Origin: Terriglobia bacterium | GTDB taxonomy: Bacteria > Acidobacteriota > Polarisedimenticolia > Polarisedimenticolales > JAIQFR01 | DNA: 64,000 nt | Assembly (NCBI GenBank): GCA_963748015.1 | Contig: CAVVHE010000004.1 | Span: 928,001 to 992,000, forward strand | Direction: 5' to 3' | Shown: piece by piece, positions 31,336-40,969 of the stretch | Numbering within the stretch: position 1 is the stretch's first letter | How the letters are laid out: each line of letters begins with the position of its first letter | Made by a program: the position numbers and the translations under genes | Notes under the pieces: model-generated | The model's input: only the letters and a program-made list of their open reading frames with translations | Database searches by the model: none | What the model was told of the DNA's origin: nothing

Positions 31336-33033
31336 ATGAAAAAAGGAACCGGTGATGCGGCGGGGGGCGGCGGCGGGGGACTTCCCGGCCGAGAGGCTTG
31401 GGAGCGTCGGGCCCTTGGTCCGGCTCTCGAGGGCGCCGGGGAGCGCGACGTCGCGTTCACCACGGTTTCCGGGATGGAGATCGACCGGCTCTACGGCCCC
31501 GAGGATCTCGGCCCCGACTGGCACCCCGAGGAGCGTCTCGGCTATCCCGGAGAGTACCCCTTCACCCGCGGCATTCATCCCACGATGTACCGAGGCCGCC
31601 TCTGGACCATGCGGCAGTTCGCGGGATTCGGCGCCGCGGAGCAGACCAACCGGAGATTCAAGTATCTCCTCGAGCACGGGCAGACGGGGCTTTCGGTGGC
31701 GTTCGACCTCCCGACCCTGATGGGCCGGGACAGCGACGACGACATGTGCCGCGGCGAGGTGGGAAGGGAAGGCGTCGCGGTCGACAGCCTCGCCGACATG
31801 GAGGCGCTGTTCGCCGGCATCCCGCTCGATCGCGTCTCCACCTCGATGACGATCAACGCGCCGGCAGCGGTCCTGTTCGCGATGTACCTCGCGGTCGCCG
31901 AGAAGCAAGGCGTCCCCTTCGACCGCCTCAACGGGACGCTGCAGAACGACATCCTGAAGGAGTACATCGCCCAGAAGGAGTGGATCTATCCCCCCCGTCC
32001 GAGCCTCCGGATCATCACGGACCTGATGGCGTACTGCGCGCGCCACGTCCCGAAGTGGAACACCATCTCGATCTCCGGCTACCACATCCGGGAAGCGGGC
32101 TCGACGGCGGCCCAGGAGCTTGCCTTCACTCTCGCCGACGGCATCGGCTACGTCGAGGCGGGCATCGCGGCCGGCCTCGCGGTGGACGATTTCGCCCCGC
32201 GGCTCTCGTACTTCTTCAACTCCCACAACGACTTCTTCGAGGAAATCGCCAAGATGCGCGCGGCGCGGCGCTTGTGGTCGCGCATCATGAAGGAGCGGTT
32301 CGGGGCGAAGAGCCCGAGGTCGTGGGCCTGTCGCTTCCACACCCAGACCGCGGGCTGCTCCCTCACGGCCCAGCAACCGTACAACAACGTGGTCCGCGTC
32401 ACCGTGCAGGCGCTCGCCGCGATCCTCGGCGGCACCCAGTCGCTCCACACCAATTCGCTCGACGAGACCCTCGCCCTCCCGAGCGAAGAGGCGGTGACGA
32501 TCGCCCTGCGGACCCAGCAGATTCTCGCGGAAGAGTCGGGGGTCACGAACACGGTGGACCCGCTCGCGGGCTCCTACTTCGTGGAGACCCTGACCGACCG
32601 CATGGAGCGCCTGGCCGCGGCGTACATCGAGAGGATCGACGCGATGGGCGGCATCGTGGCCGCCATCGAGGCAGGGTTCCCCCAGAAGGAGATCGCCGAC
32701 GCGGCGTACCGCTACCAGCGCGAGGTGGACGACCGGACGAAGACGGTCGTCGGGGTCAACAAGTACGTCATGCAGGAGACCGCGCGTCCCGAGACGCTGA
32801 AGATCGGGGAGGAGGTCGAGCACCAACAGCTCGCCCGGCTCCGCGACGTCAAGAAGCAGAGGGACTCCGCCGCCGTCAGCCGCGCCCTCGGCGAGCTCGC
32901 GACTGCGGCGGAGCGCGGCGACAACCTGATCCCGCGGATGCTCGACGCGGTGCGGCTCTACGCGACCGTCGGCGAGGTCTCGAGCGCGCTGATTCCCGTC
33001 TTCGGGAAGTACCGCGAGGTGCCCGTTCTCTAG
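31336..33033 (+). CDS. icmA: B12-dependent acyl-CoA mutase large subunit, probably isobutyryl-CoA mutase
   Basis: [51 protein letters not shown]; no fused B12 domain. Confidence 0.75.
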   Translation: MKKGTGDAAGGGGGGLPGREAWERRALGPALEGAGERDVAFTTVSGMEIDRLYGPEDLGPDWHPEERLGYPGEYPFTRGIHPTMYRGRLWTMRQFAGFGAAEQTNRRFKYLLEHGQTGLSVAFDLPTLMGRDSDDDMCRGEVGREGVAVDSLADMEALFAGIPLDRVSTSMTINAPAAVLFAMYLAVAEKQGVPFDRLNGTLQNDILKEYIAQKEWIYPPRPSLRIITDLMAYCARHVPKWNTISISGYHIREAGSTAAQELAFTLADGIGYVEAGIAAGLAVDDFAPRLSYFFNSHNDFFEEIAKMRAARRLWSRIMKERFGAKSPRSWACRFHTQTAGCSLTAQQPYNNVVRVTVQALAAILGGTQSLHTNSLDETLALPSEEAVTIALRTQQILAEESGVTNTVDPLAGSYFVETLTDRMERLAAAYIERIDAMGGIVAAIEAGFPQKEIADAAYRYQREVDDRTKTVVGVNKYVMQETARPETLKIGEEVEHQQLARLRDVKKQRDSAAVSRALGELATAAERGDNLIPRMLDAVRLYATVGEVSSALIPVFGKYREVPVL

Positions 33034-33084
33034 GCGCGGGTCATCCCCGGGCGACGTGCTGCCGTCCCGGGAGCGAGGGGCGAC

Positions 33085-33495
33085 GTGAGCGAGGGACAGA
33101 GGCTCAGGCTGCTGGTGGGAAAGGTCGGGCTCGACGGGCACGACCGGGGAGCCAAGATCATCGCCCGCGCGTTCCGGGACGCCGGGTTCGAGGTGATCTA
33201 CACCGGCCTTCACCAGTCTCCGGAGATGGTGGTGAGCACCGCCATCCAGGAAGACGTGGACGCCATCGCGCTCTCGGTGCTGTCGGGCGCCCACAATTAC
33301 CTCTTCGTGCGCGTGATCGAGCTGCTCAGGGAGAAGGGAGCGGGGGACATCGCCGTCTTCGGCGGCGGGATCGTCCCGGAAGAGGACATCCCGCGGCTCA
33401 GGTCCGCCGGCGTCCTCGAGGTCTTCACGCCAGGCACGTCCACCGAACAGGCCGTGGCCTGGGTCAAGGCGAACATCCACCCGCGATCCCTGTAG
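33085..33495 (+). CDS. icmB: Cobalamin-binding small subunit of the mutase
   Basis: [27 protein letters not shown]. Confidence 0.8.
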   Translation: MSEGQRLRLLVGKVGLDGHDRGAKIIARAFRDAGFEVIYTGLHQSPEMVVSTAIQEDVDAIALSVLSGAHNYLFVRVIELLREKGAGDIAVFGGGIVPEEDIPRLRSAGVLEVFTPGTSTEQAVAWVKANIHPRSL

Positions 33496-33534
33496 AGCAC
33501 GGCCCGCGCGGGCAACCATGTAGGAGGGCGAGCC

Positions 33535-34455
33535 ATGACGAGGACGATCCTGCTGGCCGACGACAGCGTCACCATCCGGAAGGTGGTGGAGCTCACCTTC
33601 TCCGACACCGACATCCGGGTCGAGGCCGTCGAGTCCGGCCAGGAGGCGATGGAGCGGCTCGACAAGATGGAGCCCGACATCGTCCTCGCCGACGTCGTGA
33701 TGCCCGGTCCCACGGGCTACGAGATCTGCGAGAGGGTGAAGGGCTCGGCGCGGCCGGTGCCGGTGCTGCTCCTGGCCGGCACGTTCGAGCCGTTCGACCC
33801 CGACCGGGCCCGGGCGTGCGGCGCCGACGGGCACCTCGTCAAGCCGTTCGAGTCCCGCACGCTCGTGCAACGCGTCGAGGCGCTCCTGGCGCGAGGCTTC
33901 CTGGCGGCTCCCGCTCCGCCCGTCGCCGCCGAGGAGGAGCTGGAAGCCGTCCTGGACGATCTGGCGGCGCGCGACGAGTTCGCCGCCGCCTCGCCGGCCC
34001 CGGAGCCGTCCGGGGCCCGCCACGACCTCGCCGCGGTCCCCGCGGGAGAGCCGGAAACTCCCGTGGCCGGACAGCCCGCGGCGTGGGACAACGGTACCGC
34101 GGCGGGCTCCCCGGAGACCGTCCGGGGCGCGGACGAGGGACTACGGGCGCCGGATGGGCGCCTCAGCCTGTCGCCGGAGGACGCCGACGCGATCGCCCAG
34201 GCGATCCTGACCAGGTTGGGGGGGATCGACGCGCTCGCCCAGGCGGTCCTCGGTCAGGCCGGAGGAGTGGAGGAGATCGCTCGCGCGGCGCTGCTCCGGC
34301 TCGGCGGAATCGACGCGCTCGCCCGACCGATCATCCAGCGGCTCGGGAGCGAAGCGCTGCGCGAGATCGCATGGGAGGTCGTTCCGGATCTCGCCGAGCT
34401 CCTGATTCGCGAACGGCTGCGCCAGATCGAGACCGAAGAGCACGGGCGCGGCTGA
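33535..34455 (+). CDS. romR: RomR-like response regulator (REC - disordered linker - RomR C-terminal motif)
   Basis: ILLADDSVTI..LADVVMP..KPF receiver; C-terminal REIAWEVVPDLAELLIRE; upstream of valS. Confidence 0.7.
   Translation: MTRTILLADDSVTIRKVVELTFSDTDIRVEAVESGQEAMERLDKMEPDIVLADVVMPGPTGYEICERVKGSARPVPVLLLAGTFEPFDPDRARACGADGHLVKPFESRTLVQRVEALLARGFLAAPAPPVAAEEELEAVLDDLAARDEFAAASPAPEPSGARHDLAAVPAGEPETPVAGQPAAWDNGTAAGSPETVRGADEGLRAPDGRLSLSPEDADAIAQAILTRLGGIDALAQAVLGQAGGVEEIARAALLRLGGIDALARPIIQRLGSEALREIAWEVVPDLAELLIRERLRQIETEEHGRG
34183..34350 (+). repeat. Four imperfect 42-bp (14-aa) tandem repeats inside the RomR-like gene
   Basis: ADAIAQAILTRLGG / IDALAQAVLGQAGG / VEEIARAALLRLGG / IDALARPIIQRLGS; ATCGACGCGCTCGCCC recurs 84 bp apart. 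Confidence 0.75.
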
Positions 34456-34518
34456 GCGCCGGGGCGGCCCCGCGGGAACCGCCGCGCCCGCGGACGGCCC
34501 GAACACAACGAGGTAAGG

Positions 34519-37188
34519 ATGGAGATCGACAAGGAGTACCGTCCCGAGACCGTCGAGGGACGCTGGTACGGGGAGTGGATCGAGCACGGGCTGTTCGAGG
34601 CGAAGCCGGAATCCGGGCGCAGTCCCTTCTGCATGGTCATCCCGCCGCCGAACGTGACCGGGAATCTGCACATCGGCCACGTGCTCGTTTACACGCTGCA
34701 CGACATCGTGGCGCGCTGGCGGCGCATGCAGGGCCGGGACGTCCTGTGGCTTCCCGGAACCGACCACGCGGGCATCGCGACGCAGACCGTCGTCGAGCGC
34801 GAGCTCCTCAAGCAGGGAACGGACCGCCACGCCCTCGGCCGCGAGGCGTTCGTGGAGCGGGTCTGGGAGTGGAAGGGCACGTACGGCGGGAGGATCGTGG
34901 GCGCGCTCAAGGAGCTCGGGTCCTCCTGCGACTGGACGCGCGAGCGCTTCACGCTCGACGAGGGACTGTCGAAGGCCGTGCGCGCGGTCTTCGTCCGCCT
35001 CTACCGCGAGGGGTTGATCTACCGTGACCGGTACATCGTCAACTGGTGCCCCCGCTGTCACACCGCGATCTCGGATCTCGAGACGGTGCACCAGCCCACA
35101 CGGGGGAAGCTCTACACGGTCCGCTACCCCTCCGCCGACGGCCGCGGGAAGGGGATCACGGTGGCCACGACGAGGCCCGAGACGATGCTGGGCGACGCCG
35201 CGGTCGCCGTGCATCCGGACGACGACCGCTACCGCTCGATGGTCGGGAGACAGATCGTGCTCCCGCTCGTCGGCCGCACGATCCCCGTCGTGGCCGACGC
35301 GTTCGTCGATCCCTCGTTCGGGACCGGCGCGGTGAAGGTCACCCCCGCGCACGATCCGAACGACTTCCTGGCGGGACAGCGCCACGGTCTCGCCCAGGTG
35401 GTGGTCATCGACACCTCCGGCAAGATGACCGAGGAGGCGGGGGAGTTCGCCGGCCTCGACCGGCTCCAGGCCCGGAAGCGGATCGTGCAGCGCCTCGAGG
35501 ACCAGGGGCTTCTCCTCGAGGTCAAGGACCACGAGCACGCCGTCGGCCACTGCCAGCGGTGCTCCACGATGATCGAGCCGCTCCTCTCCAGGCAGTGGTT
35601 CGTGAAGATCGCGCCGCTGGCGGAGCCCGCCGTCGAGGCGGTGCGCGACGGGCGGGTCCAGTTCGTCCCCGCGTCGTGGTCGAAGACTTACTTCGAGTGG
35701 ATGAGCAACATCCACGACTGGTGCATCTCCCGCCAGCTCTGGTGGGGACACCGCATTCCCGCCTGGTACTGCGACGCGTGCGGCAACGTCGAGGTCTCGG
35801 AGGAGGACCCGCCGGCCTGCACACGCTGCGGCGGCGCGCTGCGGCAGGACGAGGACGTTCTCGACACCTGGTTCTCGTCGGCCCTGTGGCCGTTCAGCAC
35901 GCTCGGCTGGCCCGAGCGCACCGCGGACCTCGCGAGGTACTACCCGACGAGCCTGCTCATCACCGGTTTCGACATCATCTTCTTCTGGGTCGCCCGGATG
36001 CTGATGATGGGACTCAAGTTCATGGGGGACGTGCCGTTCCGGGAGGTCTACATCCACGGTCTCGTGCGCGACGCGCAGGGCCAGAAGATGTCGAAATCCA
36101 AGGGGAACACCATCGAGCCGGCGGAGCTGCACTCGAAGTACGGCACCGACGCGGTCCGGTTCACCATGGCGATCCTCGCCGCGCCCGGGAACGACATCCC
36201 CCTCTCGCCGGAGCGGATGGACGGCTACAGGGCGTTCGCGAACAAGCTCTGGAACGCCTCCCGCTTCGTCCTCCTCCGGCTCGGCGACGAGCCGCTCCCC
36301 GCGGTCGGGGATCGAGCCCCGCTGACGCTGACCGACCGATGGATCCTCTCGCGCACCCACCACGTCATCCGCGAGGCGGAGGGCGCTCTCGAGCAGTACC
36401 GCTTCGACCGTGCCGCGGACGCGATCTACCACTTCGCCTGGCACGAGTTCTGCGACTGGTACATCGAGTTCGTGAAGCCCGACCTGATGGCCGCGAGGGA
36501 AGGGGAGGCCGCGCCCGACCCGGCGCGCGCCGCCACGGCCCGGTCGGTCCTGGTCGAGGTGCTCGACGCCCTTCTCCGCCTCCTGCACCCGTTCATGCCG
36601 TTTATCACCGAGGAGCTGTGGCAGAAGATCCCGCACGAGGGGCGCTACCTGGCCGAGGCGGCGTGGCCCGAGGCGAACGAGGCGAGGCTCGACGTCCGGG
36701 CGGAGCGAGACGTCGAGCTCCTGCAGGACCTCGTGGTGAAGGTGCGCAACCTCAGGGTCGAGTCCAACATCGATCCCTCCCGGCGCATCGACGTCCTGGT
36801 TCACGCGTCGAGTTCCAGGAACGCGCATCTCGTGGAGGAGCAGGCCGCTCTGGTCGCGACCCTCTGTCGCGCCGCGTCCGTCAAGACCGTTCCCGCGTTC
36901 GAGGCGGGGCTGGTCGCGGCCCGCGGCGTGGTACGCGGTATCGAGATCGCCTTGCCGCTCGCCGGCCTCCTCGACTTCGAGGCCGAGCGCGCCCGCCTCA
37001 CGAAGGACCTCTCCCGCATCGACGCCGACCTCGACGGGAGGGCCCGCAAGCTCGGCAACGAGTCGTTCCTCCTGCGCGCCCCTGCCGACGTCGTCGAGCG
37101 GGAGCGTGCCGCGCAGAAGGAGCTTCTCGACAAGAAGAAGCGGATCGAGAGCACCCTCGCTTCGCTCGGCGACGGGCCGCGGCCGTGA
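34519..37188 (+). CDS. valS: Valine--tRNA ligase
   Basis: PPPNVTGNLHIGH, DHAGIATQ, DWCISRQLWWGH, KMSKS, C-terminal coiled coil. Confidence 0.98.
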   Translation: MEIDKEYRPETVEGRWYGEWIEHGLFEAKPESGRSPFCMVIPPPNVTGNLHIGHVLVYTLHDIVARWRRMQGRDVLWLPGTDHAGIATQTVVERELLKQGTDRHALGREAFVERVWEWKGTYGGRIVGALKELGSSCDWTRERFTLDEGLSKAVRAVFVRLYREGLIYRDRYIVNWCPRCHTAISDLETVHQPTRGKLYTVRYPSADGRGKGITVATTRPETMLGDAAVAVHPDDDRYRSMVGRQIVLPLVGRTIPVVADAFVDPSFGTGAVKVTPAHDPNDFLAGQRHGLAQVVVIDTSGKMTEEAGEFAGLDRLQARKRIVQRLEDQGLLLEVKDHEHAVGHCQRCSTMIEPLLSRQWFVKIAPLAEPAVEAVRDGRVQFVPASWSKTYFEWMSNIHDWCISRQLWWGHRIPAWYCDACGNVEVSEEDPPACTRCGGALRQDEDVLDTWFSSALWPFSTLGWPERTADLARYYPTSLLITGFDIIFFWVARMLMMGLKFMGDVPFREVYIHGLVRDAQGQKMSKSKGNTIEPAELHSKYGTDAVRFTMAILAAPGNDIPLSPERMDGYRAFANKLWNASRFVLLRLGDEPLPAVGDRAPLTLTDRWILSRTHHVIREAEGALEQYRFDRAADAIYHFAWHEFCDWYIEFVKPDLMAAREGEAAPDPARAATARSVLVEVLDALLRLLHPFMPFITEELWQKIPHEGRYLAEAAWPEANEARLDVRAERDVELLQDLVVKVRNLRVESNIDPSRRIDVLVHASSSRNAHLVEEQAALVATLCRAASVKTVPAFEAGLVAARGVVRGIEIALPLAGLLDFEAERARLTKDLSRIDADLDGRARKLGNESFLLRAPADVVERERAAQKELLDKKKRIESTLASLGDGPRP

Positions 37189-38042
37189 CCCTGCCCGTTC
37201 TCGATCCCGTGGTCGTCCGCGGGATCGTGAGGGCTGCCCTGGACGAAGACCTCGGCGACCGAGGGGACCTCACCACCGCCGCGGTGGTTCCCGTCTCCGC
37301 GCGAGGGCGGGGCAAGATCGTCGCCCGCGGGGATCTGATCGTCGCCGGCCTTCCCGTCGCGCGGGAGGTGTTCAGAACGCTCGATCCCTCGCTCCGATTC
37401 GAGGCTCTCCGCCCCGAGGGCGACCCGGCGGCGGCCGGGGACGTGCTGGCCGAGGTCACGGGCCAAGCCCGGCCGATCCTCGAGGGAGAGCGGACGGCGC
37501 TCAATTTCCTGGGACGGATGTGCGGGATCGCGACGGCGGCCCGCGCCGCCGTCCTGGAAGTCGCGGGGACCGACGCGACGATCCTCGACACGCGGAAGAC
37601 CGCTCCCGGGCTCCGGGTCCTGGACAAGTACGCTGTGGCCGCCGGCGGCGCGACCAACCATCGGGTCGGCCTGTTCGACGCGGTGATGGTCAAGGACACG
37701 CACCTCGCGGTAGCCGGGCCGGTGGAGCTCGCCGTCGCCCGCGCGCTCGCCGCCGGGCACCCCGCCGCGATCGTGACCGCGGAGGTCGGAACGATCGAGG
37801 AGATGGAGAGGGCGATCCGGGCCGGCGCCGGCAGGATCCTGCTCGACAACATGGACGTCGGGACCTTGCGGCGCTGCGTCCGGCAGGCGGCGGGCCGCGC
37901 TCAGCTCGAGGCCTCGGGCGGTCTCAAGCCGGGGGCGCTCCGCGCGGTCGCCGAGACCGGCGTCTCGTTCCTGAGCCTCGGCTGGCTGACCCACTCGGTC
38001 CGGGCCGCGGACGTCGCGCTCGACATGGAGGCCCTCCCCTGA
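37185..38042 (+). CDS. nadC: Quinolinate phosphoribosyltransferase
   Basis: ALDEDLG..GDLTT, ERTALNF, DTRKTAPG, NHRVGLFD, LLDNM, EASGG. Confidence 0.95.
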   Translation: MTLPVLDPVVVRGIVRAALDEDLGDRGDLTTAAVVPVSARGRGKIVARGDLIVAGLPVAREVFRTLDPSLRFEALRPEGDPAAAGDVLAEVTGQARPILEGERTALNFLGRMCGIATAARAAVLEVAGTDATILDTRKTAPGLRVLDKYAVAAGGATNHRVGLFDAVMVKDTHLAVAGPVELAVARALAAGHPAAIVTAEVGTIEEMERAIRAGAGRILLDNMDVGTLRRCVRQAAGRAQLEASGGLKPGALRAVAETGVSFLSLGWLTHSVRAADVALDMEALP

Positions 38043-38851
38043 CCGCCCCGTCGCTCGACCGCGCGCGCCTCGAGGCGCTCCTCTCGCACCCGTTCGTGCG
38101 AACGCTCGTCGTTCTCGACGCGGTGGACTCCACCAACGACGAGGCCCGCCGTCTCGCGGCCGCGGGAGCGGCGGCAGGAACGGTCGTGATCGCCGAGCGG
38201 CAGACCGCCGGCCGGGGACGGCAGGGGCGTGCCTGGTACTCCGCGCCGCGGCACGGTCTGTACCTGTCCGTCCTTTTTCGCCCGAGCCGTCCCGCGGAGG
38301 AGTTTCCACGCTGGGCGCTCGCCGCCGCCGCGGCGGGCTGTCTCGCCGTCCGGGAAGCGGGGGCCGCTCGGGCCGCGGTGGAGTGGCCGAACGACATCGT
38401 CTGCGACGGGCTCAAGCTGGGCGGCACGCTGGTGGAGGCTCGAGGCTCCGGGTCGACCCACCCGGAGCTCGTGGTCGGCACCGGCATCAACCTCGGCCAT
38501 TCCCGCGAGGACTTCCCGCCGGAGCTCCGCGGCGTGGCGGGGTCCGTCAGGACCGCGACAGGGGACTGGGCGGGCGACCGCGAGGCGTTTGCGGCATCCT
38601 ATCTGTGCCGGCTCGGCGAGCTCGAGGCAGAGCTGGCGGAGGGGCGATTCGAACCCGTGCGGCGAGCCTGGACGCCGCTGGCCCCTCGCGCCACGGGACA
38701 TCGCGTCGCCGTGACGCCGGCGGGAGGCGCGCCGCGGTTCGAGGGCACCACCATGGGGATCGACGACTCCGGCGCTCTGCGCGTGGAGACGGACGGCGGC
38801 GGAGTCGAGATCGTGCGGGCCACCGGATCGGTGGCCTGGCTGGAGACCTGA
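38039..38851 (+). CDS. birA: Biotin protein ligase (no HTH); start probably CTG 38039 or GTG 38096
   Basis: DSTND, AERQTAGRGRQGRAW, WPND, KLGG, GIN. Confidence 0.88.
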   Translation: MTAPSLDRARLEALLSHPFVRTLVVLDAVDSTNDEARRLAAAGAAAGTVVIAERQTAGRGRQGRAWYSAPRHGLYLSVLFRPSRPAEEFPRWALAAAAAGCLAVREAGAARAAVEWPNDIVCDGLKLGGTLVEARGSGSTHPELVVGTGINLGHSREDFPPELRGVAGSVRTATGDWAGDREAFAASYLCRLGELEAELAEGRFEPVRRAWTPLAPRATGHRVAVTPAGGAPRFEGTTMGIDDSGALRVETDGGGVEIVRATGSVAWLET

Positions 38852-38852
38852 G

Positions 38853-39620
38853 ATGCTCCTCGCCATCGACGTGGGGAACACCCACACCGTTCTCGGTCTC
38901 TTCGAGGGGGAGATCGTCCGGGCGCACTGGCGCGTCTCGACGCGCAAGGACGCCACGCCCGACGAGGTCGGCGTTCTTCTCCGCGAGTTGTTCGCGGGAG
39001 CGGACCTCGACCCCGCGGCGGTCACGGGCGTCATCGTGTCGTCCGTCGTGCCGGACCTGAACGGCGTGCTCGCCAAGGCGGGGGCGCGCTACTTCGGCCG
39101 CGATCCGCTGTTCGTCGAGCCGGGCGTCAAGACCGGCCTCCCGATCCTCTACGAGAACCCGCACGAGGTCGGCGCGGACCGCATCGTCAACGCGGTGGCG
39201 GCGGTGGCCCGCTACGGAACGCCGGTGATCATCCTGGATTTCGGGACGGCGACCACACTCGACGTCGTCAGCGCGAAGGGAGAGTACCTCGGCGGAGTGA
39301 TCGCTCCGGGGCTCGGCATCTCCGCCGAGGCGCTGTTCGCCCGCGCCGCCAGGCTGTCCCGCGTCCCCCTCAAGCGGCCGAGGAGGGTGATCGGCTCCAA
39401 CACGGAAGAGAGCGTTCAGTCCGGGCTGTTCCACGGCTACGCCTCGCTCGTGGAGGGGCTCGTGCGGCGCGTCCGCGCGGAGCTCGGCGCGGAGGCCAGG
39501 GTCGTCGCGACCGGAGGCCTCGCGCGGGTCTTCGAGGGGGAGATGCCGTTCCTCGACGCCGTCGATCCCGGCCTCACGCTCGAGGGGCTTCGCCTGATCT
39601 GGGAGAAGAACCGCCGGTGA
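38853..39620 (+). CDS. coaX: Type III pantothenate kinase
   Basis: LLAIDVGNT, SSVVP, VGADR, DFGTATT, GGVIAPG, LTLEGL. Confidence 0.95.
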   Translation: MLLAIDVGNTHTVLGLFEGEIVRAHWRVSTRKDATPDEVGVLLRELFAGADLDPAAVTGVIVSSVVPDLNGVLAKAGARYFGRDPLFVEPGVKTGLPILYENPHEVGADRIVNAVAAVARYGTPVIILDFGTATTLDVVSAKGEYLGGVIAPGLGISAEALFARAARLSRVPLKRPRRVIGSNTEESVQSGLFHGYASLVEGLVRRVRAELGAEARVVATGGLARVFEGEMPFLDAVDPGLTLEGLRLIWEKNRR

Positions 39621-40087
39621 AGGTCCTCTTCGTCTGCAGCGGGAACATCTGCCGGAGCGCGATGGCGGCGGAGTACGCCCGCCGCCGGCTAGCCTCCTCG
39701 GGGTTGAGCCACATCGTGGTGGACTCGGCGGGAACGCTCGGCATCGAGGGAGCGCGCGCCACCCCCGAAGCGATTCAGGTCCTCCTCGACGCGGGAATGG
39801 ACCTGAGCCGGCACCGGTCCCGCGGGATCGCCGCCCACGACCTTCGTACCGCCGATCTGGTGCTCGTCATGACGATCGATCACCTCTCGGAGCTCGATCG
39901 CCGCTTCCCCTCCGGGACGAACAAGCGCTTCCTGCTGCGGGCGTTCGAGGAAGGCCCGGAGCCGGAGGACGGCGCGCTCGATCTCGACGACCCGATCGGG
40001 GAGCCGATCGAGATCTACCGCGAGACGCTCGCCGTGATCCGGACGTGCGTGGACCACCTCGTCCTGCACCTCAAGCACGCGTGGTGA
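39617..40087 (+). CDS. Low-molecular-weight protein phosphatase
   Basis: VLFVCSGNICRS P-loop, DSAGT, DDP. Confidence 0.9.
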   Translation: MKVLFVCSGNICRSAMAAEYARRRLASSGLSHIVVDSAGTLGIEGARATPEAIQVLLDAGMDLSRHRSRGIAAHDLRTADLVLVMTIDHLSELDRRFPSGTNKRFLLRAFEEGPEPEDGALDLDDPIGEPIEIYRETLAVIRTCVDHLVLHLKHAW

Positions 40088-40722
40088 GAAAGGGAACAGG
40101 GGCCGTGCGCTACGTCAGGGCCGTCGAGCGGGCCCTCGCCGCCCTCGACAGCCGGCCGTTCGTGCTGTCGGCCCGCGACTTCGCCCGCGTGTCGGACTGG
40201 TATGCCCGCGGCATCCCGCTCGGCCTCGTGCGCGAGGTGCTCGACGAGAAGTCGCGGCGGGCGCCGGGAGGGCTCCCGGCGGGCCGGGCCCTCTCCAAGA
40301 TCGCTCCCGCAATCGAGGAGGCCTGGCAGGCCGTTCTCGAGGGACGCCTCGGCGCGACCGCGGTTCCCCAGGCCGAGCCGTTGCCCACGATCGACAGGGC
40401 CATCGACGCGTGGCGACGGGCCCGCGATGCGGCCACGGGAACGCCCCTCGAGGCGCTGATCCGAGCGCTGCTCGCCCGTGGCGCCTCCGGCGATCGCCCC
40501 GAGGACCTGGACGCCGAGCTCGACCTCGCCCTCCCTGCCGCCGCCCCGCCGGCGATCGTGGAGCAGGTCGAGGCCGAGACGACCCGCGACCTCGAGCCCT
40601 TCCGCAAGCGCATGGAGGCGTCCGTCTTCGACGCCACGCGGCGCCGCTCCGTCGCCGACCGCTTGAGGCGAGCCCTCGACCTCCCTCGCCTCGCGCTGAC
40701 CCGCCCCCTCGTTCGAGACTGA
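40084..40722 (+). CDS. Hypothetical protein, N-terminus resembling a DnaD/DnaB-C helical domain (alternative start 40105)
   Basis: LSARDFARVSDWYARGIPLGLV..; C-terminal LEPFRKRM..LDLPRL; GTGA overlap with the upstream stop. Confidence 0.55.
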   Translation: MRKGTGAVRYVRAVERALAALDSRPFVLSARDFARVSDWYARGIPLGLVREVLDEKSRRAPGGLPAGRALSKIAPAIEEAWQAVLEGRLGATAVPQAEPLPTIDRAIDAWRRARDAATGTPLEALIRALLARGASGDRPEDLDAELDLALPAAAPPAIVEQVEAETTRDLEPFRKRMEASVFDATRRRSVADRLRRALDLPRLALTRPLVRD

Positions 40723-40873
40723 ACGGGTTCGCAGACGACCCTCTTCCGAATCGGCGAGATGGCGTTCATCCGAGGGCTACCGGCTGACGGGCGGAGGACG
40801 CGGCCGGGAATGTCCGCAGACGACCCTTTTCTGGGTCGGCGAGGACGTTCCCGGCCGCGTTCGAAGCCTCGGG
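40720..40873. repeat. Intergenic tandem 29-bp repeat; second copy capped by an 18-bp inverted repeat (possible structured RNA or DNA element)
   Basis: 40730-40758 vs 40815-40843 match at 25/29; arms 40798-40815 and 40843-40860 pair with one G-T wobble. Confidence 0.7.
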
Positions 40874-40969
40874 CTCCCACTGCGAGAAGACGAGGCGGCG
40901 AAATGGCGCGGGGTGTCGGCCCGTCCTCGCGTGTAGAATGAGACCGGTCCCCGCCTCGGGGGAGGGGAT

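Noticed and set aside
40730..40843. Mini-CRISPR array or 6S RNA
   Set aside because: Only two repeats, a 56-bp spacer that pairs with flanking sequence, and no cas genes. The fold lacks the symmetric central bubble of 6S.
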